The position numbers and the translations under genes were made by a program. A model generated the notes under the pieces. The model was not told where the DNA came from and searched no databases. It saw nothing but the letters and a program-made list of their open reading frames with translations. DNA of 64,000 bases from NCBI RefSeq assembly GCF_006345805.1, contig NC_042999.1:143468001-143532000 (forward strand), in the 5' to 3' direction. Of this stretch, positions 26,600-44,330 are shown in pieces (position 1 is the stretch's first letter; every line of letters starts with the position of its first letter). The DNA comes from Octopus sinensis. Taxonomy: Eukaryota.

Positions 26600-26760
26600 T
26601 ACATATGGAAAATTGAGTGTTATACAAATGCCAGAACTGGACATCGTTGTGTTGTACAAAAGGTAGCGACCACTCAGTCAAAATTGAGGGCATTGTACTG
26701 CAGTAGCTTAGGGTTCAAAGGCCCACAGCTCTTGATTGCCATGCTGCAAAAATGAAGGTA
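26600..26760 (+). mobile_element. Small LINE family L fragment
   Basis: agaactggacatcg and gggttcaaaggcccacagctctt match 22040-22070 and the reverse complement of 23960-24060. Confidence 0.55.
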
Positions 26761-26833
26761 AAGGTGCAAAATCGCGGTGGTGGTCCAGTCGCACCGCTGA
26801 AATGAATAACAGAATAATATATACATATATATA

Positions 26834-26903
<70 letters not shown>

Positions 26904-27074
26904 AGAAGGTGAATGAATTATCCTAGTATGGATAATTCGGTTAACCGATACCTGGGTACCAAATTCACGTCAGAAGACAAGCTATATGTTCTCGTGTGTA
27001 AATTTGTGTGTTTTTTTTAACTATGAATAAATGAAAGAATGGAGTCGAACGACGATTTTAACAAAATTCCTTTA

Positions 27075-27158
27075 CTCTTGACACATGTTTCGAAGGCTGC
27101 ATATTCCTAATTCCGAAGGAATAAAGGGTGCATTATGCTGCCATCTCATCAGGAAAGA
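27075..27158 (-). ncRNA. Type I hammerhead ribozyme (left arm)
   Basis: CUGAUGA 27152-27146, stem II, GAAA 27091-27088, C-AUGU-G, GUC 27082-27080. Confidence 0.72.
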
Positions 27159-27220
27159 CAAGGAACTTATGTCAGCACCATGAAGAGCAAAAACTTCATG
27201 GTGCTGACATAAGTTCCTTG

Positions 27221-27303
27221 TCTTCCTGATGAGATGGCAGCATAATGCACCCTTTATTCCTTCGGAATTAGGAATATGCAGCCTTCGAAACATGTGTCAA
27301 GAG
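27221..27303 (+). ncRNA. Type I hammerhead ribozyme (right arm)
   Basis: CUGAUGA 27226-27232, stem II GAUGGC.GCAUA...UAUGC.GCCUUC, GAAA 27287-27290, GUC 27296-27298. Confidence 0.72.
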
Positions 27304-27347
27304 TAAAAGAATTTTGTTAAAATCGTCGTTCGACTACATTCTTTCAT

Positions 27348-27440
<93 letters not shown>

Positions 27441-27470
27441 ATATGTATGTATGTATATGTATGTATGCAT

Positions 27471-27637
27471 AGGCGCATGCATGGCTGTGTGGTAAGAAGC
27501 TTGCTTCCCAACCCCACGGTTCCAGGTTCAGTCTCACTGTGTGACACCGTGGGCAAGTGTTTTCTACTTAGTTTCAGACCGACCAAAACCTTGTAAGTGG
27601 TAGACGGAAACTGAAAGAAGCCCGTCATATATATATG

Positions 27638-27670
<33 letters not shown>

Positions 27671-27900
27671 ATGTGTGTGTGTCTGTGTGTGTGTGTCTGT
27701 GTTTATGTGTGTGTTTGTGTTTGTCATCCCGTCATCGCTTGATAATCGATGCTGTTGTGTTTATGTCCCCGTAACTTAGCGGTTCGGTAAAAGATACCCC
27801 TTGAATAAGTACTAGGCTTACAAAGAATAAGTCCTGGTGTCGATTTCTTCAACTAAAAACCCTTTAAGGTGGTGTTCTAGCATGGAATAAAATGAATAAA
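27471..27900 (+). mobile_element. SINE family B with internal (TG)n
   Basis: ggctgtgtggtaagaagcttgcttcccaacc..ggttcagtc head, cacc.tgggcaagtgt centre. Confidence 0.85.
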
Positions 27901-27913
27901 AGAATACATATAT

Positions 27914-27956
<43 letters not shown>

Positions 27957-27989
27957 CAGGGTTTTAAGTCTCTTCGCAGTAAGTATTTA

Positions 27990-28186
27990 ATGGATTTCGG
28001 GCGATTCTTGTACACTGGGCCTTTACTTCCCCCCGAGAAGAAAAAGTCGGGCGGTGTAAAATCTGGTGATCTTGGTGGCCAAAGTCCCTTCGAAATAATC
28101 CGTTCACCGAAAACTCTTGAGGTAACGCCATGGTGATGCGAAGGATGAAAAAAATTTATTGCGAAGACACTTTTTGAACACCGTGT
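27990..28186 (-). mobile_element. Tc1/mariner relic
   Basis: Minus strand reads WPPRSPDFTPPDFF; TA-cacggtgttcaaaa end at about 28186. Confidence 0.65.
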
Positions 28187-28203
28187 ATATATATATATAT
28201 ATA

Positions 28204-28598
28204 CTAGCAGTATCGCCCGGCGTTGCTCGGGTTTGTAAGGGAAATAACTATATAAGCATTTTTAGAGATGTAAAGTATAATAGCCATCTCAATATGTCTA
28301 ACCACAAAGGGGGGGGGTGTTACTGTAGCTTTTTACGTTCTAAAATTTAATAATAAATTTTTAGAGAGTTATTTCCCTTATATATGCCAAAAATGCATTA
28401 AAAATGCGAAAAATTGATGGTAATTTTTTTTTAATCGTAGACTCATCGTAGACGCGCGCTAATACCCAGAAGGGCTCGATATGAATCACGACTATAAGAT
28501 ACCCGGTTTTGGTTCAACTGCACCGCAAAATGTGGGAGCAGTTAGGAATCTAAATCGTAGGAGACAGACAGCACACAACCTCACTTTTATATATAAGA
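28204..28598 (-). mobile_element. Non-autonomous Helitron
   Basis: 5' A|TC, 3' CTAG|T, subterminal hairpin CCCG.GCAACGCCGGG. Confidence 0.85.
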
Positions 28599-28716
28599 TC
28601 AGAGAAATCAGATTTTTGTGTGCTAGGCTACTGGTTTTAAATTGATGTTAATTAAATTAATATTCAATCTATCTCCCTCATTATTTAAATTATATATATA
28701 TATATATATGTATGTA

Positions 28717-28771
<55 letters not shown>

Positions 28772-29179
28772 CAGGATAAATCTCTGCTAGAATTTCCACT
28801 CGTGTGTGTTCTGTTGCTCATTCAACTCAATTATAAGTCTCACTGAGTTCGTGAGAAAGTAGCTGAGTATACCAGTATTTCTCAGGCACAATCAGCGTGA
28901 CGCTGTGTGACAGAGTTGGATTTTTGTTTTACAACTACAATCCATTTAATGAGATTCCGTACAGTATCCCATTACGCAATTTTGGTTGTACCGAGACTGT
29001 AGCCACAACGCCACGCAGCAGAATTGAAACTGTAATCACTGAGATGGTAACTTCATAACCATTCAACCAAACTATTACTATATGCGTATTTGCGCGCGTG
29101 CTTGTGTGAGTGTGTGTGTATGTGTGTGTGTGTGAGTTCGCACGTGCGAGTGTGTGCACGCGGTTTTGCGCGCATATAA

Positions 29180-33630
<4,451 letters not shown>

Positions 33631-34320
33631 GTGATATATGAATATCCTTTTTTTTACCTGATTGGAGTTTTAATATTTATTTTGATTGTGACAAAATCGT
33701 AAAGGAAAGCTTTTACATAGAAAAAGAAAGCTTTGTCTTTTTTATTTTATTCTCCATTATCCTTCGTACAATCATTTACCCTTTATATTTAGATAAATCT
33801 TGTAGGCTTTATATTGGACCAAATATTGCATTAATCTGTATCTTATCAATTATGGAGCACCCTTCTTCCTATTGTAATCGTATTTCAGTCATATTTTGTT
33901 CTAGACATGTTGGTACGTGTCCTCGTAGCTCCAATAATAATGGTTATAGAGTTTAAAGTGTAATTTGGGTACTCGATTTGCAGGCTTTCATCAGTAGTCC
34001 ACAGATATTTTGCTTCTCTTGTATTCTTCCGCCCACTTTGAAGTCGTGAGCAGAGATTCCAAAATAGCATATTTTCATTATGTGGTCCCAAGAAACATTG
34101 CCGAGTCTGTTACGTCTTAATTTGGTTGCTGTTGAAAATTTTCGCGTTCCACTTAATCTTTTTTAACCGTTAGTTTCAGTAAAGTATCTATTCTACAGAG
34201 AGTATCTATTCTGTATATACTCTATTGGGAAAGGAATATCTACAGAATATTATATCACAGTTGGCATTGATGTAATGCCTTTAGTTTTGACTTTTCCTAG
34301 CTTACATTTCTTGTCAACAG

Positions 34321-34489
34321 ATGGTTTCTTTCATTTGTGGAAAAGACATTAAATGGAAACATTTTTCTATCGGGTTGCATGAAGCTACGCTTCAGAGTGA
34401 GCCGTTCGTTCTGATGGAAATAAGAATCAAATCTTACTACAGTCCAAAATCGGACAGGATAGCTATAGATGGAATGTCTTTAAATTTAG
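34321..34489 (+). other. Candidate exon (169 nt)
   Basis: Pyrimidine tract + caacAG| acceptor, AG|GTGAGC donor, one open frame; no recognised homologue. Confidence 0.35.
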
Positions 34490-34827
34490 GTGAGCACGAC
34501 CAGGGAAACTTAGGACTAAATGTGGATTATGACATAGAACTTATAGGTTCTGTATTCAGCTTCGTGATGACAACCGAGTAATCTCTAAAATTAACTAACA
34601 TATTCTTATGTTTCAATGCACTTATGTTTCAATGTATATAGTGCTGCCATCTTATGATAATCAATTCATGATGGATACAGGATATTTTTAAACCCGTGTT
34701 TTGCCAGGAAACTTAGACAGCTGCTACACTTTTTCAATAATAATTTAATTTTCATATATAACTTAAAGCTCTATGTTATATTGAGTACTCAAATATTTAC
34801 TATATAAAATATAAAGAAATTCAGGTG

Positions 34828-34968
34828 GTATGAGATGAATATATTTATTTCACCTGTAGATATCCATAAGAATACGATCGGTTCGAAGCCAACATCATGG
34901 AAAAATAATTTGTTTTAGTGTATTTATAATTCCTTTTTTATATATCTGGCTGTCTAATTTCTCTCTCC

Positions 34969-35021
<53 letters not shown>

Positions 35022-36259
35022 TATACATATACATATTCATATATATACATATTTTTATAGCCTCCTTTCCATTATTTTACTTCTTAATAATTATAGTTAC
35101 TTACCCCCTAGTTAAATATATTGTACTGCTTATATAGTCAGCTTGAGCACCTAAGATATATTGACTTTTAAAACTTTAACCCTATTTTCGATACTAACAA
35201 TAATTATAAATTGTCTAGGAGTGCACATTTTATTTTTATATATTTAACTGTCTTATACTATTACTTATATATTTTCGAACACTATCTAGATTAATGGATC
35301 TCATTAATATTTCTATTTGATAGTATTCCCTATATTTTGTTTGCCTTATATGTCCTCCCATTTACCATGCTAAACTCTATTGCCCCTCCTCTGTCTTCCT
35401 CTGTTTTATCCTACTTTTTACTTTCATTTTATATCTCATTTTGTTCATATTAATCCCTATGTTTCGTAAATACAATATCTAAATACAAACTTCCCTCTCA
35501 TTTCATTTCTGTCCTCTCTCTATCAATGGCGGCTCATGTATAGGCACTGCGGAACTGCAGCACTCCCTATTTCCACTCGATATTATCAATAACATTCAAT
35601 ATATTGAGTCCTTTTTTCTTTAATTCTTTCTTTATACTTGTACATTCTATAATCCTTAAGCTTAATGTCAGTAGCCATCTCCTAGTTTATGAAAAAAATA
35701 CAAAAATCTTTGTATAGAACTGTGCGTTTCACAGTTCCAGCGACGCGGTTTTTAGTTGTTGTGCGTATACTCACAGGTCCGCTGCATGCTAGGGAGAAAG
35801 ACCACTGTTGTTCCCGCAGTGGCGACCCTGGTCTGCTGGTGAAAGGTATTGTTTCTTTTTGACTACATGTGTGTTGTACTTAAAAACGTATTTATATTCT
35901 TGAATGCGATAAAGTGTAGAAGTAGATTATTATCTGGCTTTCAGCAACAGTGTTGCAGCCAGGATTTGAAAAGTAGGGCAGATTTTCCCACCTTATTTTG
36001 TAATATAAGGGGGATTTTTGAAAAGCAAGGGGGAATTCGCGGCGATGTTCAGTAAACAAATTAAACACACTACCCGGTAGTAGCTAAAACGGGAACTGAT
36101 CACGTTTATGTATAATTTTTTCTTTTTATATGTTTATATCCTTTTACACAATACTAAAACAACGGCTAAAAATTTTCTGAAGCAGCACCCCAACTAATTT
36201 GATCTGCGAGCCGCCACGGCTCTCTATTATAAATGCTTTTAGGTTATCAACAGTAAACT

Positions 36260-36356
<97 letters not shown>

Positions 36357-36738
36357 TACATACAATCTTCTCTTCCACAACCACAACACACTGTTTACTT
36401 TTTAATATCTTACTAAATTTCTCTTCTGTAGAAAACTGCATTATTAATTACTGTCTTCCGTATGTTATTATTTGGAGATGCCATTTTGCTTTTTTAAGTG
36501 TACATTGGGTCGGAGAATGTATGCAACCACGATATTCTATGATCTGAAGAGCTAACCTTCTTTACCTGTATTGTCTTGTAAATTGGAAAAATAGGATTAT
36601 ATGATTTATAACATGTACATTAAAACAGGGATGTAAAGTAATTTATTATACACTAAAATTATTTTTCCATAATTTGACCAGAAAACGATCGTGATCTTAT
36701 AGATATCAACAGGTGAAATAAATATATTCATCTCATAC
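34828..36738. mobile_element. Probable PLE relic: ~100-bp inverted ends (34828-34930 / 36641-36738)
   Basis: gtatgagatgaatatatttatttcacctg... is inverted at both ends; hammerhead-like motif near the right end. Confidence 0.55.
36531..36707 (+). ncRNA. Decayed hammerhead with ~130-nt stem II region
   Basis: Stem I GAUAU-U-CUAU-GAU / AUC-UU-AUAG-AUAUC, CUGAAGA 36544-36550, GAAA 36681-36684, palindromic ACGAUCGU; cleavage triplet reads GUG. Confidence 0.5.
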
Positions 36739-37019
36739 GTTCTAACTTCCTTTATATTTTATATGTTTCTAATGAAATAATCGTTTCAAACTGGATATAC
36801 TAGATTTCAACTGCATAGGATTATACATTACACTCCTCTGTATTGGTTTACTGTATGCTTTGTAGTCTGGTCCAAGCAGGAGACTTTGTGGATACTACCG
36901 GATTATTTAAATCCACATATTGAGCATTAAATTTATGTGTGTGTGAGTGTGCGTGCGTATGCGTGTGTGTGTATATATATGTATATATATGTATATATAT
37001 AGGGAGAGATTACGAAAAA

Positions 37020-37200
37020 AACAAAAGACGAAGACAGGTGGTGTACAAAACAAACAGATGTACAGATGTATTAGTATAACGCTCAGGAATTGAAAAAGTC
37101 TTTTACGCTTCGAGCCTACGCTCTTCTACAGAGAGGGACACAGAAAAAAACAAGGAGAGAAACAAGGAGAGAAAAAATACAATGAAAACGAAAGAATGAT
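37020..37200 (-). mobile_element. Family M element with hammerhead-like motif at 37097-37137
   Basis: CUCU-CUGUAGA-A-GAGC(GUAG)GCUC-GAAG-CG-UA-AAAG; downstream sequence matches 4466-4545. Confidence 0.65.
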
Positions 37201-37319
37201 ACCTCGATATTAGGTAAATAGATGAATTTATATATGTATAGTTTAGGACAATCAGTAAGTTGTCATAATAGGACTCAGAGTTTCAATTATATCTGTGTGT
37301 GTGTGTGTATACAAAGAGA

Positions 37320-37960
<641 letters not shown>

Positions 37961-38359
37961 TATGTACGTATTTACGTATGTATGTACGTACCTTTTTGTG
38001 TATGTACGTGGGCTTAGGAGTGTTCGTAGTATGTATACAAATTCTCAATACAGCTGGGGCCATAGCAGACGTGATCGGGCGAAGAGGGTGGTGTTAGTGC
38101 TTCCTTAAGTTTGATTGAACATTTGGGTGTGGAGTTAACCGAAACCGCGGACTGTCCAAATACATATTATACTGTATTATACTGTATCGCATTCAACGCT
38201 GCATTGTTTTCAGTTGAATAGCGTTGGCAGTAATTAGCTTATCGATAAAATCATTAGCTGTGATATGTTTTGATCGATTCATTGATCGATTCAATTATTC
38301 CAAGTAAAAGATACTGTTTCACCTTGGGAAAAGATTGAATATACAACTACACGCGCACG

Positions 38360-38393
<34 letters not shown>

Positions 38394-38415
38394 ATATATA
38401 TGCATATATATATAT

Positions 38416-38470
<55 letters not shown>

Positions 38471-38490
38471 TATACATATAAATGTGTAGG

Positions 38491-38523
<33 letters not shown>

Positions 38524-38532
38524 CATGTGTGG

Positions 38533-38582
<50 letters not shown>

Positions 38583-38714
38583 CACACACACAGATCTATA
38601 TATATTTCTGCCTCTGTGTGTGTGAGAGAGAAGGGAAAGAGAGTGTGGGGGGGGGGTGGACGAACAAAGAAGAGAAAGAAAAATCAATCCCTAAATATAT
38701 GTGCGTTTTTTTAA

Positions 38715-38872
38715 TTATTGTCAATTGGCGAAAGTTACAAAAGTGTCGCAAGGGCTGGGAGTTTCCAGCATGGCACTTATCACACTGATTTATCAGTTTG
38801 ATAAGTACCATACACGAAACTCTCTACTCTTGAGACACCTTTATGATTTTCAGCTGATCAAAAGTAATAAAG
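38715..38872. repeat. Decayed fold-back palindrome centred near 38795
   Basis: tggcacttatcacactgat-tt-atcagtttgataagtacca core; looser symmetry out to about 80 bp per arm. Confidence 0.75.
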
Positions 38873-39109
38873 ATTATATGCATATGCTTGCATGTATGTA
38901 TGTATGTATGTATGTATGTATGTATGTATGTATGTATGTATGTATGTATGTATGTATGTATATGCGCAGATTTATATGTTTTGTTTTATCTATGTATTCT
39001 CATGCATATAGTTGCATATCTAGACATACTCATATATACTTAAATGATAAACTTCTGGTAAGTTTTACAGATTTTTAGAGTGTCAGCGATGGATTGAATC
39101 TGTATTCTT

Positions 39110-39370
39110 CGAATTAGCTATCTCCTTTCTGATTTTGAGACGCCTAATTTCTCAAGACAGGTATTTAGGTAGTGTGTTACATATCCCAGTACCCCAATAA
39201 TTGTAGGCATAAATCTGAACTTGTAATCTGGATAGAGTAACTGCAAATTTCTCAATAGTTCAGCGTAAGTATTTTCTTTTTCGCCGATCTTCAGCCTTAT
39301 GTTAACATTCGCTGGGCAGCTGATTTCCACAACTGTTCGCAGTTTCTCTTCTCTATCCCAAATCATTATA
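39110..39370 (-). mobile_element. RLE-type LINE 3' endonuclease fragment
   Basis: IWDREEK..VVEISCPANVNI..KENTYAEL...PTIIGVLG. Confidence 0.8.
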
Positions 39371-39768
39371 TCAGGTCTTTGTTTTTATATATTATACTGA
39401 GGTTTTCGCTGGGACATTCCATGAGTATTCCTTTTCATTATGAGTGGCTGTGGCTTCCAACTCCAAGAGCGATGAGTTTTGTAGTTAGGATTTTTTCTAT
39501 AACTATAGCTAGAAAGAATTTGTTTACTTGTTGAGCTGTTGTTTTCGTTCTGTTCCTTGATTATGCTATTGTTGATGTTGTGTCCAATCATGTTGTTTGT
39601 AGTAACTCTCTGCATGCTTTAAGAATTATTTCGTGATGTGCAAATGGATACCATGAGTTTACTTTCAGATATACTCATTAGGTTATTTTTTTTGGTATTA
39701 TCTGAAATAGAATACCTGCATATCTATTAATCCCAAAAAACTGAATTATTATTCACTTTTATTAGATA

Positions 39769-40151
39769 CTAGCAGTATCGCCCGGCGTTGCTCAGGTTTG
39801 TAAGGGAAATAACTATAAAGCATTTTTAGAGAGTTATAGCCAAAAAATAGCAAAAAAATGGAAAAAAAATGATGGTAAATTTTTTTGAGAGTTAAAAAAG
39901 GAGGAGTTGCGTCCCCTAGACGGTCTGTGGTTTGGGTTTCTGATTCTCGACCCCATGTCGAATTTATCGATTTTTTTCAGAACTGGGGGAACTTTTCAAA
40001 ATTTTCGCTGCGTTAGTTTTGAATTATGACATTGGGCTATCTGTGTGTCAAGTTTCATCAGAATCGGTTGAAAGCCGTGGTCAGAGTGAGGGTACGAGAA
40101 AACAGACACACAGAAAACGCACAGACAAACTGCCGTTTATATATAGAGAGA
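39769..40151 (-). mobile_element. Non-autonomous Helitron
   Basis: 5' A|TC, 3' CTAG|T; same 3' ~70 bp as 28204-28598. Confidence 0.85.
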
Positions 40152-40312
40152 TTTTGTATATTTCTAGATAAACATATAAATATGTGATAAATAATACCCC
40201 AAGGTACGATATGCAGATGCATGTAATACTGAAGGGTTGTACGTGATTGATTTGGAAATTCGTTTTCCCAAATTATTTAAATTAACCATGTACAGTATAT
40301 ATATGTGTGTGT

Positions 40313-40356
<44 letters not shown>

Positions 40357-40392
40357 GTGTGTGTGTGTGCGTGCGTGTGTGCGTGCGTGCGC

Positions 40393-40423
<31 letters not shown>

Positions 40424-42060
40424 ATACCCGATATTTATCACCAATAGTTCGTATTGTTTATTTGTGTCCGATGAAATACATGTAAATCAATTCCTCAGAA
40501 ATGAACGGAGACTTGACTCAAACTACGTGGCTTCGGGTTCATTCTGAAGATACGATTTTTTAAAATATGTTTTGCCATAGCCTCGAATCACCCAAATTCC
40601 TTTGAATGAATTTTGGTAGACGGAAACTACGGAGAAGCTCATCGAAGGAAGGGTTTCTATTCTTGGATAACAGACTGATTCGTCGTCCGATATAACATCA
40701 TCTTGCCCTTAGGTGCCTTTAGAATTACTCATACTGTTGCACCCTGTTGCAATCTATTGCAAGTATTTTGGTGTGACTCTCGGGTTTCTGTCCACCTACA
40801 TTCTTTCTTCATTTTTTGCAGACATTGATTTTGAAGCTGGGCATCATTCACTTCATAATTACAAGTACAGTAATACCCAAAGGTAATGACACCCATTTTT
40901 TTCTCATCAGAAAAAATTATAAATAATTAGATAAACGATTGGGCACTAGATCATTTTGACTTTGAATAAATTCGGAATTTAGAAGATTCAGATACACACA
41001 TTTTTCGAACCGTTACAGTATCACTTTTAGTAAATGAAATTCTAAGATAAAAATTCTAAGATACGTAGATAAAAAAAAAAAAAAGAAATATGAAACACGT
41101 ATATTCTGTACAACTTCTTTTTTAGTTTTTGGTTTAAATTTCAAACTTCCAATCCTGCCTTAACATAACATTGGAGGCATTGTCTCCCCTGTGATAGCAG
41201 ACCACTAAGGGTACACCGTGTGTCTTTCCATTTAGTTAACCACCTTACATTTTGATCTAAACAAGAGTGAGTAAACGAGAGAAAAATATTTATGTAGGAG
41301 TCATCAAGAGAAGCAGTGCCCCCCCTACGCATTTGCTCTATTGTTCTAAATTCATTCTGTGTTGTTCTCCTTCTAAAGTACTAAATCAAACTTAGAATGA
41401 GTTTTCTTGAACTAAGTCTATCTATATCGAGTAAAGAGAATATTTTCAACAATAACTTTTAAGGAACAAATTCAGCTAAAAGAAAAAAGTAATAAAAAAT
41501 AGGTGTGTTACAAAAAGTAGCATGGGGAAAGTCAGTGCAGTATCTTTCCTGTTTTTTTTTACTTCTATTGAACAGGTTACACCTTTTTATAATGATTTCT
41601 CTTCGTGATGAATAACAAGTATTGTGCTGAAGAAAAGAAAGTTGAACTGTATCACTTTTTATATTATACTTACATAAAGAAAAACGAAGTCGCAGAGGTC
41701 ACAGAGTCTCGCTTTCCCTAATCGTGGGAGTAAGGTCAATTTATGGGTAGGACTGAGGTTAAGTTGTGTTGGTGTGAGGTCAGGTTGTCTGGAGTACACG
41801 ACATTCCCTTCAACAAATTGGTTAATATAGATATTGATTTAGTTTTTGTAAAAGCATTATTCAGTTATCTCAAAAATAAATAATATATCTCATGCCATTA
41901 TATATAATTTTTTTATATTGATATATGAGTAGCTGAGTAAGGCGAAACAAAATATTTAGCTGATGACAAAAACAATAAATAACGACACCTATAGCATGAT
42001 CACATTAAATGACGTCATTATTTAAGAGATATAGTAATGAGGAAATGAACTCTTTTATAG

Positions 42061-42242
42061 CTTCTCATCCGGTAGAGTTTCAGCTAGACATTCACACAAA
42101 TACTTACTTTTCAAGTGTAGATTCTAAAGCTTGTTTGTTTTGTTTTATTTTCTTGTTTCCTGGTCCCGAGTCTGCCCTGACTGAAGAGATCTATAATCAA
42201 AGGCTTTCCAGTGGTGATCACCCGTTCCCGTATTCTTTTCAG
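42061..42242 (+). other. Candidate exon (acceptor at 42060 or 42170, donor CAG|GTATGA)
   Basis: Reads ...SALTEEIYNQRLSSGDHPFPYSFQ, reminiscent of the arrestin-fold LxxGxHxFPFSFxLP motif. Confidence 0.3.
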
Positions 42243-42409
42243 GTATGATGCATCTAGTTTAGGCTAATCGATCGACAGAATCGTTAGAATATCAGACAAA
42301 TACTTTGCGGTAGTTGTTTCGGCTGTTTGCCTGTTATTCTTCTAAGATCGATAATGCACAAATCAAGTTCTGGGACAAGTCTTCTTTCACTCTCTCTTTG
42401 TCTGTCTAC

Positions 42410-42465
<56 letters not shown>

Positions 42466-42967
42466 CTCTCCCTCCCCCTTTTCTTTCTCTCTCTTTGAAT
42501 CACACACCGCTGTGAGAAAGTCGTTGGGTGCCACTAACTGCATCTCTTCCTTCCAGAAATGGAGTAGGTTTCAGCTGAAGGCTAGCATTCACCTAGCACA
42601 CTACAAAAACTATACAGAGGAACTAAGGAACATGGCATGCGTGGCTGGGCAATGTACTGTGGTTGGAACCCCACGAAATCTCTTGGCAAATTAGATAAAT
42701 GCCAATCAAAGAAAACGAATAATTCCGTTAATTTAATTGAAAAAATCATAAGAAACTATTATGTCTAATTGTACTTAAAATAAAGCAATTAATTTTATTT
42801 TGCACTATTCCTTTTATTACTGTTCATCCATGAGAGTATGTGTATGTATGGGTAACTGACATGAAGTGAGTGCGTGTATATAGCCAGCGCGTGTGCATTG
42901 TGTACCTCTTTATAGTGTCCGTGTTCTGTTGGCAGTAATAGAGAGTGTTACAAATAGATAATACTGA

Positions 42968-43159
42968 TTTCAAATTTTGGCACAAGCAGCTTTGGGGAGG
43001 TGATAAGACGATAACATCAACACCGGTATTCAACTATTACTTATTTTATCGACCCCTGAAGTCTACCTGGATGGAATTTGAACTCACAACATGAAGACAG
43101 ACGAAATGCCGCTGAGCATTTTGCCTGACGTCGCTAACGATTCTGCCAACTCGCCGCTT
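42968..43159 (-). mobile_element. SINE family A
   Basis: ggcacaag ... ggaatttgaactcac ... ctaacgattctgccaactcgccgc. Confidence 0.8.
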
Positions 43160-43794
43160 TCAAATAGATAATATTGATGTGGCAGTAGTGCACTCCACCA
43201 GTGTGTCATTCATCTGTCATCAGATCCCCACAGTTGGGCGGGGGTTTGGACTCATGTACCAAGCCAGTTCACTGCATGTTGTCCCAAATCGGCACTTAAA
43301 TTGCTCCAAGCGCTTGTCTAGGTCATTGTTTCATCGACTCCGGAAGAATGAAAGGCAATCTTGATGTCGACAGGAAAGGAACTAAGTATGCAAAAACTGG
43401 ATCAAATATGGAAAGACATTTTGTTTGACGCTCTAATGACTCTGCTTATTCTCCATCTTTACATAAAATAAAACAGTTAACTAGTCTAGCGAACATTACA
43501 GCAAGTATTACAGTAAGTATTAAGAGTTTCTTGGTTTGCTAATAAGTCCACTAAGCAAAAAGAAAACGATTCTATTACATAATATAAAATTTGAACTAAC
43601 AATCCAGTAATAAATAACAGCCAAAAATTATGAATAAAACAAATATAAAATTCTTTGGATTAGGTTGAAGGCTATTTTTGTAGACAATGAGTATAAAGTC
43701 AATCAAATTAACTTATAGTAAATGATAAATAATTAACTTGCGGCAAGTCTTAAAGTAATTTCAGTTTAGAATTTTACAACTTGAGCACCGGCCA

Positions 43795-44330
43795 ACGAAG
43801 GAGACTCACAACGGACGCTAGACCTGCTAGAAACATACCAAATCTCCTTCAAATCATATTCTACCATCGTAAAAGTGAAGAGACATATTGGGTAATTTTA
43901 TTGTAGATGCACTCTGGCCGAATAAAATATTGAATGTGATCAGCTCGAATGTCTATTGATCATAATTCTGTCCAATCAGGGATGACATTAGACTAAAGTA
44001 CGACAACAGTAATCTGTTTAGTAATTTCCTTATCCTAAATGTGTTTGATATTTAGAATAAACGTTATTGTTGCTACTTCTGGCCAACAAACGCTATGTGA
44101 GCGAATTTGATAAGCAGAAAAATAGAGAAGCCCATTGTGATTTTAATTTCAGTCAACCCTGATCGCACAAACATATATTCAAAAGCACTCCGTACAGTCG
44201 TTTTGGTGGATGGCTATCTAGCACTACATTATCTTTTCTGTTCCGTCTCTTTTTTAAGAAGTGAGGTAGGATTGAAGGAGAAATAGGTGCTATTTCTGGA
44301 AGATCAGATGACCATGTAGAGGTTCCCTTG
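43795..44330. repeat. Inverted pair of a third short repeat (also at about 17400-17500)
   Basis: ctgctagaaacataccaaatctccttcaaatcata (+) versus gtaggattgaaggagaaataggtgctatttctgg (-). Confidence 0.45.

Larger units (their letters stand above)
27027..27351. repeat. Near-perfect fold-back palindrome (159/158-bp arms, 8-nt loop)
   Basis: Base-by-base comparison: 2 substitutions and 1 indel; loop agcaaaaa at 27186-27193. Confidence 0.98.

Noticed and set aside
33970-34000. CUGAUGA on the minus strand
   Set aside because: No stem II or GAAA follows.
41141-41332. KWKDTRC peptide resembling piggyBac transposase
   Set aside because: One short motif only; no TTAA/TIR structure seen.
42510-42694. 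Possible next arrestin-like exon (ATNCISSFQKWSRFQLKASIH)
   Set aside because: Similarity too loose, acceptor ambiguous, no donor before the stop.
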